A DNA stretch of 64,000 bases from Eledone cirrhosa (taxonomy: Eukaryota). The notes beneath the pieces are model-generated. The model saw only the letters and a list, made by a program, of their open reading frames with translations, was not told where the DNA came from and ran no database searches. Positions 51,498-63,805 of the stretch are shown one piece after another (position 1 is the stretch's first letter; the number at the start of each line of letters is the position of its first letter). The stretch is taken from NCBI GenBank assembly GCA_964016885.1, contig OZ024753.1, positions 37,882,001 through 37,946,000 on the forward strand, read 5' to 3'. A program made the position numbers and the translations under genes.

Positions 51498-51651
51498 GTG
51501 TATATATATATATATGTGTATATATATATATATGTGTACATATATATATGTGTATATATATATATATGCGTATATATATATATATATGTGTACATATATA
51601 TATATATATGTATACATATATATATGTGTGTATATATATATATGTGTATAT

Positions 51652-51985
51652 CATTTCATTTCATTTTACGTCCGCTTTTTCCCTGCTTGCAAGGGTGGGA
51701 CGGGAACTGATTCTGGCTTGATTTCTACAGCTGGATGCCCTTCCTAACACCAACCTCATTTACAGTGAGTGCTGGGTGCTTTTTTGCCGTGGCACCTCCA
51801 CGTCCACTTTGCATTGGAATGATATGGACTCCTGCCCCTATCATCTCATTTCTACAGCTGAGTAAACTGGAGCAATGTGAAATAAAGTGTCTTGCTCAAG
51901 GAAACAACACATCACCCGGTCAGAGAATTGAACTCACAACCTTTCGATTGCAAGGCCAATGCTCTGACCACTAAGCCATGTGCCT

Positions 51986-51987
<2 letters not shown>
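51652..51987 (-). mobile_element. Full-length family 2 SINE
   Basis: Head GGAGGCACATGGCTTAGTGG (A box), GAGTTCAATTC (B box), CORE-like CCTTGAGCAAGACACTTTATTTCAC..CAGTTTACTCAGCTGTAGAAATGAG, RTE-B tail. Confidence 0.92.
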
Positions 51988-52069
<82 letters not shown>

Positions 52070-52139
52070 ATATATATATATATATATATGTGTATAATAT
52101 ATGTGTGTATATATATATATGTGTGTGTGTATATATATA

Positions 52140-52708
52140 TCATCATCATCATTTTACGTCCGCTTTTCCTTGCTTGCAAGGGTGGGACGGGTCTTATTCA
52201 GCACAGCATCTCTCCACTCGTCACGATCCTTCGTCATCTCCACCGTGAGCTTCAATGATCTGAGGTCTGTTCTCACCACCTCCGCCCATGATTTTCATGG
52301 TCTACCTCTACCACGTCTTCCTTCAACTGGCATTTCCTGGCGCTTCTTCACCCATCGGTCATCCTCCATGCGCATCATATGTCCATACCACCTCAGTCTC
52401 CTCTCCCGTACACTAGATTCTATCCCTCTCAGACACAGTTTCTCTCTCAACACATTTATGCTGGGTCGTTCACGCACATTTACACTGCACATCCAACGGA
52501 GCATGCTTGCCTCATTTCTCTCCAGCCGTCGCATATCCTCAGCAGTTGCTGTCCATGTCTCACTACCATGCAGCATCACGCTCCTCACACAGGCATCATA
52601 CAACCAGCCTTTCGTACGCAAGGAGAAACCCTTCTTTGTCAGTAGAGGAAGCAGCTCCCTAAACTTCTTCCAACCCGTCCTTATTCTAGATACTATGGCC
52701 TCGGAACA
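52140..52708 (-). mobile_element. 3' fragment of RTE family B
   Basis: Near identical to the reverse of 58223-58790. Confidence 0.95.
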
Positions 52709-52714
52709 CACATA

Positions 52715-52755
<41 letters not shown>

Positions 52756-52877
52756 ATATATATATATGTGTATGTTTATATATATATACATGTGTATATA
52801 TATATATATGCCTGTATATATATGTATATATATATATGTGTATATATGTATATATATATATGTGTATATATATATAT

Positions 52878-53440
52878 ATGACACACGACCGTGACTTCTG
52901 GCGTCACGCAGTAATACAGAGTACACGACCTCCCATGGGTACATGCTGAAGCATATAAACAATATGCCCCCACACCCCCCACCGCAAGGTGGTCGTGGAG
53001 GTGCCACGGCAAAAAAGCACCCAGCCCACACTGTAAAGTGGACGTGTAGGCGCCACGAAAAAGCACCCAGCACTCACTGTAAATGAGGTTGGTGTTAGGA
53101 AGGGCATCCAGCTGTAGAAATCAAGCCAGATCAGTTCCTGTATGAGCAAGGCATGGTCAGCCGACCAGACACTGCACACAACAGGACAACCCGTCTAACC
53201 CATGCTAGCGTGGAAGAACGGACGTAAAACGGTGATGATGATATATATGTGTATATATATATATATATATTTAGTCCCACACTGTAAATGTGGTTGGTAT
53301 TAGGAAGGGCATCTAGCTGTAGAAAACCCGCCAGACAGTCCTATGTGAGCAAGACAACCACTCTTGCTTCAAGTGGGAAAACACCCGTCCAAACCCATGC
53401 AAGCGTGGAACAGGGACGTTAAACGATGATGATGATGATA
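52878..53440 (+). mobile_element. Two short RTE 3' ends: family A (52878-53240) and family C (53272-53440)
   Basis: Match 56172-56510 and the reverse of 46944-47115. Confidence 0.88.
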
Positions 53441-53489
53441 TATATGTGTATATATATATATATGTGTATATATATATGTATATATATAT

Positions 53490-56400
53490 GTGTAGGTATA
53501 CTACTAGCTGACAAATGGGTAGATAAAGTAATCTCAGTGTACAGGGTAAATGCAAGAATCATTAAACTCAGACTAGTCCTGAATAAAACAATTACCACAA
53601 TAATATCAGCTTACGCACCCCAATCAGGGTTGCCAGACGAACTTAAGGATAGATTTTACGAGTCCCTAATGCACACTACTGCTCTAACAAACGACAATGA
53701 CTTCCTAATCATCGCAGGAGATTTTAACGCACTCGTAGGTAAACACTGTGACGGCTTCAATAGAGTCCATGGGTTTGGCACAAGAAATGAAGAAGGATTC
53801 AGACTTCTCGAATTCTGCGACGCCAATGACATGTCGATATGTAACACAAACTTCAAAAAACCCGACAACCACCTGATCACCTATAGATCAGGGGAGCATT
53901 CTAGTCAGATAGATTTTATCCTCATCAGAGGACAGTCGTAAACACAAAAGCCTTCCCTAGTGAGGAATGTACCTCCCAACATAGCTTAGTTGTCAGCGAC
54001 CTCACAGTCAGAACTAGACGAACCTGGAAACAGAGGCCAACCCGGAGAAGAAAGATCTGGAAGCTGAAAGACCCCTCAGCCAGTAATAGATTTAAAGATA
54101 TTTTACTCAATGCCTACGACAGTAAAGAAGAACAGATAGAGACATTCAATGTAGAAGAGCACTGGGAGTTCCTAAAAAATAACTTACTAGAGGTGACAGA
54201 TGAGGTCTGTGGCTGGAGTAAGACCACAAGCAGGAGGAGAGTGACTTGGTGGTGGAACAATAAGGTAGATGAGGCAGTTAAGGCCAAGAGACAGGCATGG
54301 AAAGAATGGGGGAGCAGGGTATATTACATAGAGACCAAGAGGGAAACTAGGCGACAAGTATACTTAGCTAGGAGGGAAGCAGAGGATAGAAAATTCAAGC
54401 ATGTTTTGCAACGTGAGGACCAGAAACAGGAGGTGTTCAAGATTGCGAGGCAGTGTGTCAGAGAGAAGTGTATCCGGAATGATAAAGGTGAGCTTGCTCT
54501 CACAAGTGCTGAGAAGAAAGATGCATGGAAGAGTCATTATGATAGATTACTAAATGAGGAGAATGCATGGGAAGAAGATACCCTACCCCAAGTAGACCCT
54601 ATAGAGGGGCCAGCAGTACAAGTCAGCAGCAGCGTAGTAAGTAAGGCAATCAAAGATATGAAGATGGGGAAGGCAACCGGTCCATCGGGTATAGCTGCCG
54701 AGATGCTGAAGGCATCTGGGTCTGTAGGTCACACTATAACCACACGTATTGTTAACCAGGTAATACTAGAAGGTGTCATACCAAAAGATTGGTGCAGTAG
54801 CACCATTGTCAACTGCTACAAAGGTAAAGGTGATGCACTCGATAGAGGAAACTATAGAGGTATAAAGCTGATGGACCAGGTCATGAAAGTAACAGAAAGG
54901 GTTATAGCACAGTTGATTAGGGACCGGGTGAAACTAGATGAGATGCAATTTGGGTTTGTACCAGGAAGAGGCACCACTGATGCCCTCTTCCTTGTGAGGC
55001 AGTTACAGGAAAAGTACCTAGCTAAAAGTAAGCCACTCTACCTGGCATTCGTCGATCTCGAGAAAGCCTTTGACAGAGTTCCACATGCTTTAATCTGGTG
55101 GGCTCTTAGAAAACTAGGAGTAGATGAATGGCTTGTGAAAGCTGTACAAGCCATGTATAGGGGAGCAGTCAGCAAAGTTAGGATTAGCAATGAGTATAGC
55201 GAAGAATTTAGCGTACAGGTTGGGGTCCACCAGGGCTCTGTTCTTAGCCCTCTCCTGTTCATCATAGTCCTGCAGGCAATAACAGAGGAGTTTAAGACCA
55301 GATGCCCATGGGAACTCCTGTATGCTGATGACCTCACACTTATAGCTGAATCTATGGTAGAAATTCCAAACTTGGAAGCAGGGACTAGAAAGAAAGGGTC
55401 TCAAAGTCAACATGACAAAGACTAAGGTCCTTGTAAGTAGACGAGAAAACAGAACCCATATCCCCTCAGGGAAATGGCCTTGCTCAGTATGTAGGAACTC
55501 CATTCTCTGCCCCAAATGCAAACATGGGTACACAAGAGATGTAGCAGGATCTCAGGAAGCTTAATTAAGAATGTAGGCTTCACATGCAGCAGCTGTACTG
55601 GGACAGCAAGCAGCAAACAGCCACAGGAAACAAGTACCACCAATCACTGGGAGGGCTCTGTAGAGACAGTAGACAGCTTCTGCTACCTAGGTGACCGAAT
55701 TAGCAGCGGAGGTGGGTGTTCAGAAAGTACAATAACTAGGGTAAGAACGGGATGGAAGAAGTTCAGGGAACTACTACCACTGCTAGCTGCAAAAGGCTTC
55801 TCCCTCAAAATGAAAGGCAGACTGTATGATGCGTGTATCCGAACAGCAATGTTACATGGTAGTGAGACCTGGGCGCTGAAGGTGGAAGACTTACGTAGAT
55901 TAGAGAGAAACGAAGCCTGCATGCTCCGATGGATGTGTAATAGTAATATACGCGAACGACAAAGCATAAATGAATTGAGAGAGAGACTGAGCATAAGAGG
56001 AATCAAATGCTGTGTGCAGGAGAGGCGGTTGCGTTGGTATGGACATGTGATGCGTATGAAGGATGACAGCTGCATAAAAAGGTGCAGAGCACTAGAAGTC
56101 GATGGAAACCCAAGCTGACCTGGGATGAGGTGATAAAAGCCGACCTTACCCAATTACACTTCTCAAAAGCGATGACACACAGAGTACCCGACCTCCCATG
56201 GGTACAAGCTGAAGCATATAGACAATATGCCCCCACACCCTCCCACTGCAAGGTGGTCGTGGAGGTGCCACGGCAAAAAAGCACCCAGCCCACACTGTAA
56301 AGTGGACGTGTAGGCGCCACGAAAAAGCACCCAGCACTCACTGTAAATGAGGTTGGTGTTAGGAAGGGCATCCAGCTGTAGAAATCAAGCCAAATCAGTT

Positions 56401-56510
56401 CCTGTATGAGCAAGGCATAGTCAGCCGACCAGACACTGCCCACAACAGGACAACCCGTCTAACCCATGCTAGCGTGGAAGAACAGACGTAAAACGGTGAT
56501 GATGATGATG
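53490..56510 (+). mobile_element. RTE family A LINE, nearly full length, broken by small deletions
   Basis: APE (ISAYAPQ, GDFN, SQIDF), RT ([28 protein letters not shown]), long 3' UTR, (GAT)n tail. Confidence 0.97.
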
Positions 56511-56559
56511 ATATATATATGTATATATATATGTATGTATGTATATATATGTATGTATA

Positions 56560-56676
56560 TTGAAGCTCACGGTGCAGATGACGAAGGACCGTGACGAGTG
56601 GAGAGATGCTGTGCTGAATAAGACCTGTCCCACTCTTGCAAGCAGGGAAAAGCGGACGTAAAATGATGATGATGAT
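56560..56676 (+). mobile_element. Very short 3' end of RTE family B
   Basis: Matches 58676-58790. Confidence 0.9.
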
Positions 56677-56787
56677 ACATGTATATATACATATGTATGT
56701 ATATATATATAATATATATGTATATATATATATGTATATATATATATATGTATATATATATATGTATATATATATATGTATATATAT

Positions 56788-56815
<28 letters not shown>

Positions 56816-56819
<4 letters not shown>

Positions 56820-58800
56820 ACTTAGCACGCAGGGAGGCAGAGAGTAGGAGGTTTGCCAATGTTCTGCGACGGGAAGATCAGAGGCGTGCGGTGTTCCATG
56901 TTGCAAGGCAGTGTGTCAATGCAAATCAGGATGTTGTTGGTGATAAATGTGTCCGGGATGATGCCGGTGTACTTAGTGTCACGAATGATCAGAAAAAGGA
57001 GGCCTGGAAATGTCATTATGAGAGACTGATGAATGTGGAGAACGAATGGGAGAGAGAAAAATTACCCTTGGTAGATCCGACAGAGGGACCAGCTATTGAG
57101 ATTGACGAATATAGGGTCCAAGAGGCGATTAGGGAAATGAAGAATGGTAAGGCGGCCGGACCATCGGGAATAGTTGCTGAGATGCTGAAGGCATCAGGGG
57201 ACGTAGGCACTAAACTGGTTGCACGCATAATCAATCAGGCTATATATGGTGGTGTCATACCCAAAGACTGGTGCAGCAGTATTCTCATAAATTGCTACAA
57301 AGGTAAAGGTGATGCTTTGGAGAGGAGCAATTATAGGGGTATAAAACTGATAGATCAGGTTATGAAAGTGGCAGAAAGGATTTTAGCACAAATAATTAGA
57401 GAAAGGGTCAAACTAGATGAGATGCAGTTTGGTTTTGTGCCTGGGAAGAGTACAACAGATGCCCTCTTCTTGGTGAGACAAATGCAAGAGAGGTTCTTAG
57501 AGAAGAATAAGCCACTATACTTAGCCTTTGTTGACCTAGAGAAGGCCTTTGATAGGGTACCCCGATCTGTCATCTGGTGGTCCCTAAGGAAGCTGGGTGT
57601 TGAGGAATGGCTTGTAAGGACAGTGCAAACTTTGTACAGAGGTACTCTCAGTAAAGTCAGGGTAGGAATGGAGTTTAGTGAGGAATTCCAGATACAAGTA
57701 GGAGTACATCAGGGTTCGGTCCTCAGCCCGCTCTTGTTCATTATAGTCCTCCAAGCCATAACAGAGGAGTTTAAGACTGGCTGTCCATGGGAACTTCTCT
57801 ATGCTGACGATCTGGCTCTTATGGCAGAATCAGTAGAGGAGCTAGAGAATAAATTCCGGCTATGGAAACAGCAGTTGGAAGCAAGAGGACTGAGAGTAAA
57901 TCTAGCTAAGACAAAAGTGTTGATGAGTATAAAAGAGGACAAAACCCTGATTCCGTCAGGGAAATGGCCATGTTCGATATGCAGAAAAGGAACTGGCATA
58001 AATTCTATAAAATGCACACAATGTAGGTCCTGGGTACACAAGAGATGTAGCGGGATAGCAGGCAAACTAACAGGTAGGGAGAAATATGTATGCAGTAGAT
58101 GTACAGGGAAATTAGACAGTAGAAGTCGCACTGATAGACACATTTTTCAAATGCGAGAGGGCGCTATAGAAGTGGTGGATAGCTTCCGGTACCTAGGAGA
58201 TCAGATTAGCATGGGAGGAGGGTGTTCCGAGGCCATAGTATCTAGAATAAGGACGGGTTGGAAGAAGTTTAGGGAGCTGCTTCCTCTGTTGACGAAGAAG
58301 GGTTTCTCCCTGCGTACGAAAGGCCGGTTGTATGATGCCTGTGTGAGGAGCGCGATGCTGCATGGTAGTGAGACATGGGCAGCTACCGCAGAAGATATGC
58401 GACGGCTGGAGAGAAATGAGGCAAGCATGCTCCGTTGGATGTGCAGTGTAAATGTGCGTGAACGACCCAGCATAAATGTGTTGAGAGAGAAACTGTGTCT
58501 GAGAGGGATAGAATGTAGTGTACGGGAGAGGAGACTGAGGTGGTATGGACATGTGATGCGCATGGAGGATGACCGATGGGTGAAGAAGTGCCAGAAAATG
58601 CCAGTTGAAGGAAGACGTGGTAGAGGTAGACCACGAAAAACATGGGCGGAGTTGGTGAGAACAGACCTCAGATCATTGAAGCTCACGGTGGAGATGACGA
58701 GGGACCGTGACGAGTGGAGAGATGCTGTGCTGAATAAGACCCGTCCCACCCTTGCAAGCAGGGAAGAGCGGACGTAAAATGATGATGATGATGATGATGA
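56816..58800 (+). mobile_element. 5'-truncated young RTE family B LINE with an uninterrupted RT frame
   Basis: Open from YLARREAE to the stop at 58777; all RT motifs plus PHD-like finger; APE absent. Confidence 0.97.
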
Positions 58801-58802
58801 TG

Positions 58803-58837
<35 letters not shown>

Positions 58838-58866
58838 GTATGTATATATATACATATATATATATA

Positions 58867-58897
<31 letters not shown>

Positions 58898-58956
58898 ATA
58901 TATATATATGTATGTATATATATACATATATATATATGTATGTATATATATATATA

Positions 58957-59651
58957 TCATTTCATTTTACGTCCGCTTTTTTCCCTGCTTGCAAGGGTGG
59001 GACGGGAACAGATTCTGGCTTGATTTCTACAGCTGTATGCCCTTCCTAACACCAACCTCAATTACAGTGAGTGCTGGGTGCTTTTTTGCCGTGGCACCTC
59101 CACGACCACTTTGCAGTGGAATGATAGGGACTGGGGTCCCATTCATCTCATTTCTACAGCTGAGGAAACTGGAGCAATGTGAAATAAAGTGTCTTACTCA
59201 AGGAAACATCACACCACCCGGTCTGAGAATTGAACTCACGACCTTTCGATTGCAAGGCCAATGCTCTAACCACTAAGCCATGTGCCTCCATATGTATGTA
59301 TATATATATATATGTATGTATATATATATATGTATGTATATGGAGGCATTGGCCTTGCAATCGAAAGGTTGTGAGTTCAATTCTCAGACCGGGTGATGTG
59401 TTGTTTCCTTGAGCAAGAGACTTTATTTCACATTGTTCCAGTTTACTCAGCTGTAGAACTGAGATGATAGGGACTGGGGTCCATATCATTCCACTGCAAA
59501 GAGGTCGTGGAGGCGCCACGGCAAAAAAGCACCCAGCACTCACTGTAAATGAGGTTGGTGTTAGGAAGGGCATCCAGCTGTAGAAATCAAGCCAGTATCA
59601 GTTCCCGTCCCACCCTTGCAAGCAGGGAAAAGCGGACGTAAAATGATGATG
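58957..59651. mobile_element. Head-to-head pair of family 2 SINEs (58957-59289 minus, 59342-59651 plus) around a short TA tract
   Basis: Both match 51652-51987. Confidence 0.92.
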
Positions 59652-59674
59652 ATATATATATATGTATATATATA

Positions 59675-59753
<79 letters not shown>

Positions 59754-59769
59754 GTATGTATATATATAC

Positions 59770-60090
59770 ATCATCATCATCATCATTTAACGTCCATCTT
59801 CCAGGCTTGCATGGGCTTGGACGGGAGTTTTCCCACTTGAGGCAAGAGTGGTTGTCTTGCTCGCATAGGACTGTCTGGCGGGTTTTCTACGGCTGGATGC
59901 CCTTCCTAACACCAACCACGTTTACAGGTTGTTACTGTGTTACCTACATGGCCACATTACAGCATGGACTGTGTGTTTTTTTTTTCGTGACACCTACACG
60001 ACCTCATTTATTTCGGCCTGGATGTTGTGGTACCAACATAACTTTACATCGAAAGGGGTGGTGGTGTATTTTTGTTAGAGGTGCCTACTG
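59770..60090 (-). mobile_element. 3' end of RTE family C
   Basis: Similar to 46944-47315. Confidence 0.85.
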
Positions 60091-60129
60091 ACTATAGGTT
60101 TCGATTTGTACTTAGTACAATATATCATA

Positions 60130-60357
60130 TCATTCCACTGTAAAGTGGACGTGTAGTTGCCACGGCAAAAAAGCACCCAGCAGTCACTGTAAATGATGTT
60201 AGTGTAAGGAAGGGCATCCAGCTGTAGAAATCAAGCCAGAATCAGTTCCCGTCCCACCCTTTCAAGCAGGGAAAAAGCGGACGTAAAATGAAATGATGAT
60301 GATTGATGATATATATATATGTATTTATATATATATGTATGTATATATGTATATATA

Positions 60358-60389
<32 letters not shown>

Positions 60390-60715
60390 CATATATATAT
60401 GTATATATATATATATATATATCATCATCATCATCATTTTACGTCCGCTTTTCCCTGCCTGCAAGGGTGGGATGGGAACTGATTCTGGCTTGATTTCTAC
60501 AGCTGGATGCCCTTCCTAACACCAACCTCATTTACAGTAAGTGCTGGGTGCTTTTTTGCCGTGGCACCTCCACGACCACTTTGCAGTGGAATGATATGGA
60601 CCCCAGTCCCTATCATCTCATTTCTACAGCTGGATGCTGTAGAAATCAAGCCAGAATCAGTTCCCGTCCCACCCTTACAAGCAGGGAAAAGCGGACGTAA
60701 AATGATGATAATGAT
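60130..60715. mobile_element. Three family 2 SINE fragments (60130-60300 plus, 60421-60634 minus, 60636-60715 plus)
   Basis: Shared GGAAGGGCATCCAGCTGTAGAAATCAAGCC and CCCGTCCCACCCTT..AGCGGACGTAAAATG. Confidence 0.9.
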
Positions 60716-60858
60716 ATGTATATATATATGTATATATATATGTATATATATATATATATATATATGTGTATATATATATATATGTATATATATATGTATA
60801 TATATATGTATATATATATATATATGTATGTATATATATATATGTATATATATGTATG

Positions 60859-60903
<45 letters not shown>

Positions 60904-61210
60904 AATAAACATTCTTGTCGTGAGGGTTTTAAGTTATGTCCACGTTACAGTAGCTGTGTGATGACGTAGAACAAGTGTTTCGAATTTTTTTTTAACAAGC
61001 CATCGTCAGTGACATTTACTTCTCAGTACTTAACATATGCCGAGGGTTATATATTTTCTGCGTATAAACACCAACTGTGTAAGTTAATCGGCAAATAGTG
61101 CGAGCTTGACTAAGATCAGTTATTATTAACACTAACATAAATGTTTGAGTTAGCCTTGACATGATCACAGCTTAAAACTGGCACGAGACATACATAAACA
61201 CCGTAAATGC

Positions 61211-61281
<71 letters not shown>

Positions 61282-61782
61282 CAGAAAGTAAGATGTAAAT
61301 CAAAATATATGGCTTTTGAAAATGCTTGTGATATTTTTCTGTCACTGTTCATTCATAATAAGCATACATATATATAATAGTAGTGTATACGATAAGAATA
61401 TTTATGAAGGGTTCTGCGAATTTAACAAGCTAATGTATGGTTATACACTAATATAAAAATATTACCTCTTTTATGTGTTCAACATTTTTTGTTTGTTTTT
61501 TAGGTGAATCAGTCTTAAGATAATTATAGCGTCCGTCACCGTAATTTGCACCGGTGGAAACTTGTGTGTGACACCTGTACAGTTTATTCCGCTAATTTGA
61601 GGCAGCAGGCCACAATAAAAACACGCGTAGTGTTTCATTATCAAAATCTCTATATTTTTAACATATTATATTGCTTCTCAGAGATTTCTCTCATTGAGAT
61701 GTTTAAGTAGTAGAGACTAATTAACCTTTGATTAATATTAAACTGCTCCTTAATCTGTCGAGCTGTACCAGACGGTTTTTTG

Positions 61783-62118
61783 ATAATTGTTTCTATTTTA
61801 GGCACAAGGCCAGCAAATCCTAGTACATTACTGGTACTTTATTTTATCGACCCCGTAAGGATGAAAGGCAAAGTCAACCTCGGCGGGATTTGAACTCAGA
61901 TCGTAAAGGGACGTAACTTTGCTGGAAAGCATGGCGTCCGACCCTCTACCGATACTGCCAATCCACAATAATAATAATAATTATTATTATTAAAATAAAA
62001 TTATAATTGTTTCTACGTTATGCACAAGGCCAGCAAATACCCAGTGCATTAATGGTACTTTATTTTATCGACCCCGTAAGGATGAAAGGCAAAGTCAACC
62101 TCGGCGGGATTTGAACAC
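61783..62118 (-). mobile_element. Two family 1 SINE copies (61783-61966, 62003-62118)
   Basis: CGACCCCGTAAGGATGAAAGGCAAAGTCAACCTCGGCGGGATTTGAAC in both. Confidence 0.9.
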
Positions 62119-62219
62119 AATAATAATCATCTATACAATTATAGTTACGTATTTTTTCTCTTTTTAATTAGGACATAAGCGATATTTGAATGTTTTTGCT
62201 TTTTAATTTGTAAAGCTTT

Positions 62220-62745
62220 AAGCGACCTTTATACGTTTAGCTACAAAACAGCTTATCTTTTGACGAGAAACAATAACAAACTTATCTTTAAGGTTTGGAA
62301 AATGTTTTCTTTCTTTTGTATAGTTTGGTAATAATAATGAATAATTACATAGTTATGGCATAGAAAAAAAATAATATCTTGGTTTTGTTACATTATAATC
62401 TTATTTTTAATATTTTCAAATTGGTTAAATGATGTTTTGTAGTAACGCACGTGGTTTTTAAAATGACATTTTTATAGGAAGCGTTATACATCTGGTAAAT
62501 GTTTATAATTATACACACACATATATGGTGAAATGATAGAAATTTACCAGATATATTTAACGCTCCCTATATAAAAATATCATTTTAAAAAAACCAAGTG
62601 CGTTACTACAAAATATATTGAAAGTTTTAAAATTCAAAGTATTAAAAATAAGATTATAATATAACTACAAGATATTTTTTTTCAAGCACCCTCAAATATT
62701 GGACGTCGTTCATAATGCATATAAACGTAAAATATAGGCCGACAA
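62220..62745. repeat. Large imperfect AT-rich palindrome (foldback or MITE-like)
   Basis: ATTATAATCTTATTTTTAATA / TATTAAAAATAAGATTATAAT and TTTTGTAGTAACGCAC / GTGCGTTACTACAAAA arranged symmetrically about 62520. Confidence 0.8.
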
Positions 62746-62907
62746 ATACGGTATATTATTAATAATTTAGTGTTCAAAAGCATGAAGAAATATATATTGC
62801 CATTAAAAAAATTGCAGAAGATATTTACGATTCCGCAAATATGCGTTGATTTCCACGAACAATTATTAGTTATGTTCTAAGGAAAATTCCGCGAATGGCA
62901 TGGGTAC

Positions 62908-62943
62908 AATATATATATATATATATATGTGTGTGTGTATATT

Positions 62944-62974
<31 letters not shown>

Positions 62975-62979
62975 GTGTG

Positions 62980-63012
<33 letters not shown>

Positions 63013-63700
63013 ATATATATATATGTGTGTGTGTGTATATATATATATATATGTGTGTGTATATATATATGTGTGTGTATATATATATATATGTGTGTGT
63101 ATATATATATATGTGTGTATATATATATATGTGTGTATATATATATATGTGTGTATATATATATGTGTGTATGTGTATATATGTGTGTATATATATATAT
63201 ATGTGTGTGTGTATATATATATGTGTGTGTATATATATATGTGTGTGTGTATATATATATATATATGTGTGTGTATATATATATGTATGTGTGTATATAT
63301 ACATGTGTGTGTGTGTGTATATATATGTGTGTGTGTGTGTATATATATATATATGTGTGTGTATATATATATGTGTGTATATATATATATGTGTGTATAT
63401 ATATATGTGTGTATATATATGTGTGTGTATATATATATGTGTGTATATATATATGTGTGTATATATATATATGTGTGTATATATATATGTGTGTGTGTAT
63501 ATATATGTGTGTGTGTGTGTATATATATGTGTGTGTGTATATATATATGTGTATATATATATATATGTGTGTGTATATATATATGTGTCTATATATATGT
63601 ATGTGTGTATATATACATGTGTGTGTGTGTATATATATATATGTGTGTGTGTATATATATATATATGTGTGTGTGTGTATATATGTATGTGTGTGTGTTT
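62908..63700. repeat. (TA)n(TG)n compound microsatellite
   Basis: Direct reading. Confidence 0.97.
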
Positions 63701-63719
63701 ATATTAAAAATTGTATTTT

Positions 63720-63805
63720 AGGAATTTACATCAGGTATCGCACCTCAGGATGGTTGTTCAACATCAGGCGTAAGCACGAAGGTATTAGCATCTATTAACA
63801 CTGGT
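63720..63805 (+). mobile_element. Small RT fragment of a BovB-like RTE
   Basis: GIYIRYRTSGWLFNIRR resembles the G.YIRYRTDG.LFNLRR motif upstream of the catalytic DD in that group. Confidence 0.6.

Noticed and set aside
51900-51987. tRNA gene
   Set aside because: A and B boxes are present, but it is a SINE head fused to core and tail with no full cloverleaf.
56636-56815. N-terminus of the 713-aa ORF as a real protein start
   Set aside because: It is a LINE tail plus microsatellite read in frame; the RTE sequence begins at about 56816 and lacks the endonuclease.
61480-61620. Plus-strand acceptor followed by AATAAA
   Set aside because: All frames stop within a few codons and no upstream exons are identifiable.
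63722-63781. Apparent 60-nt AG..GT host exon
   Set aside because: One frame matches an RTE RT motif and the similarity seems to continue past the GT, so a LINE fragment is more likely.
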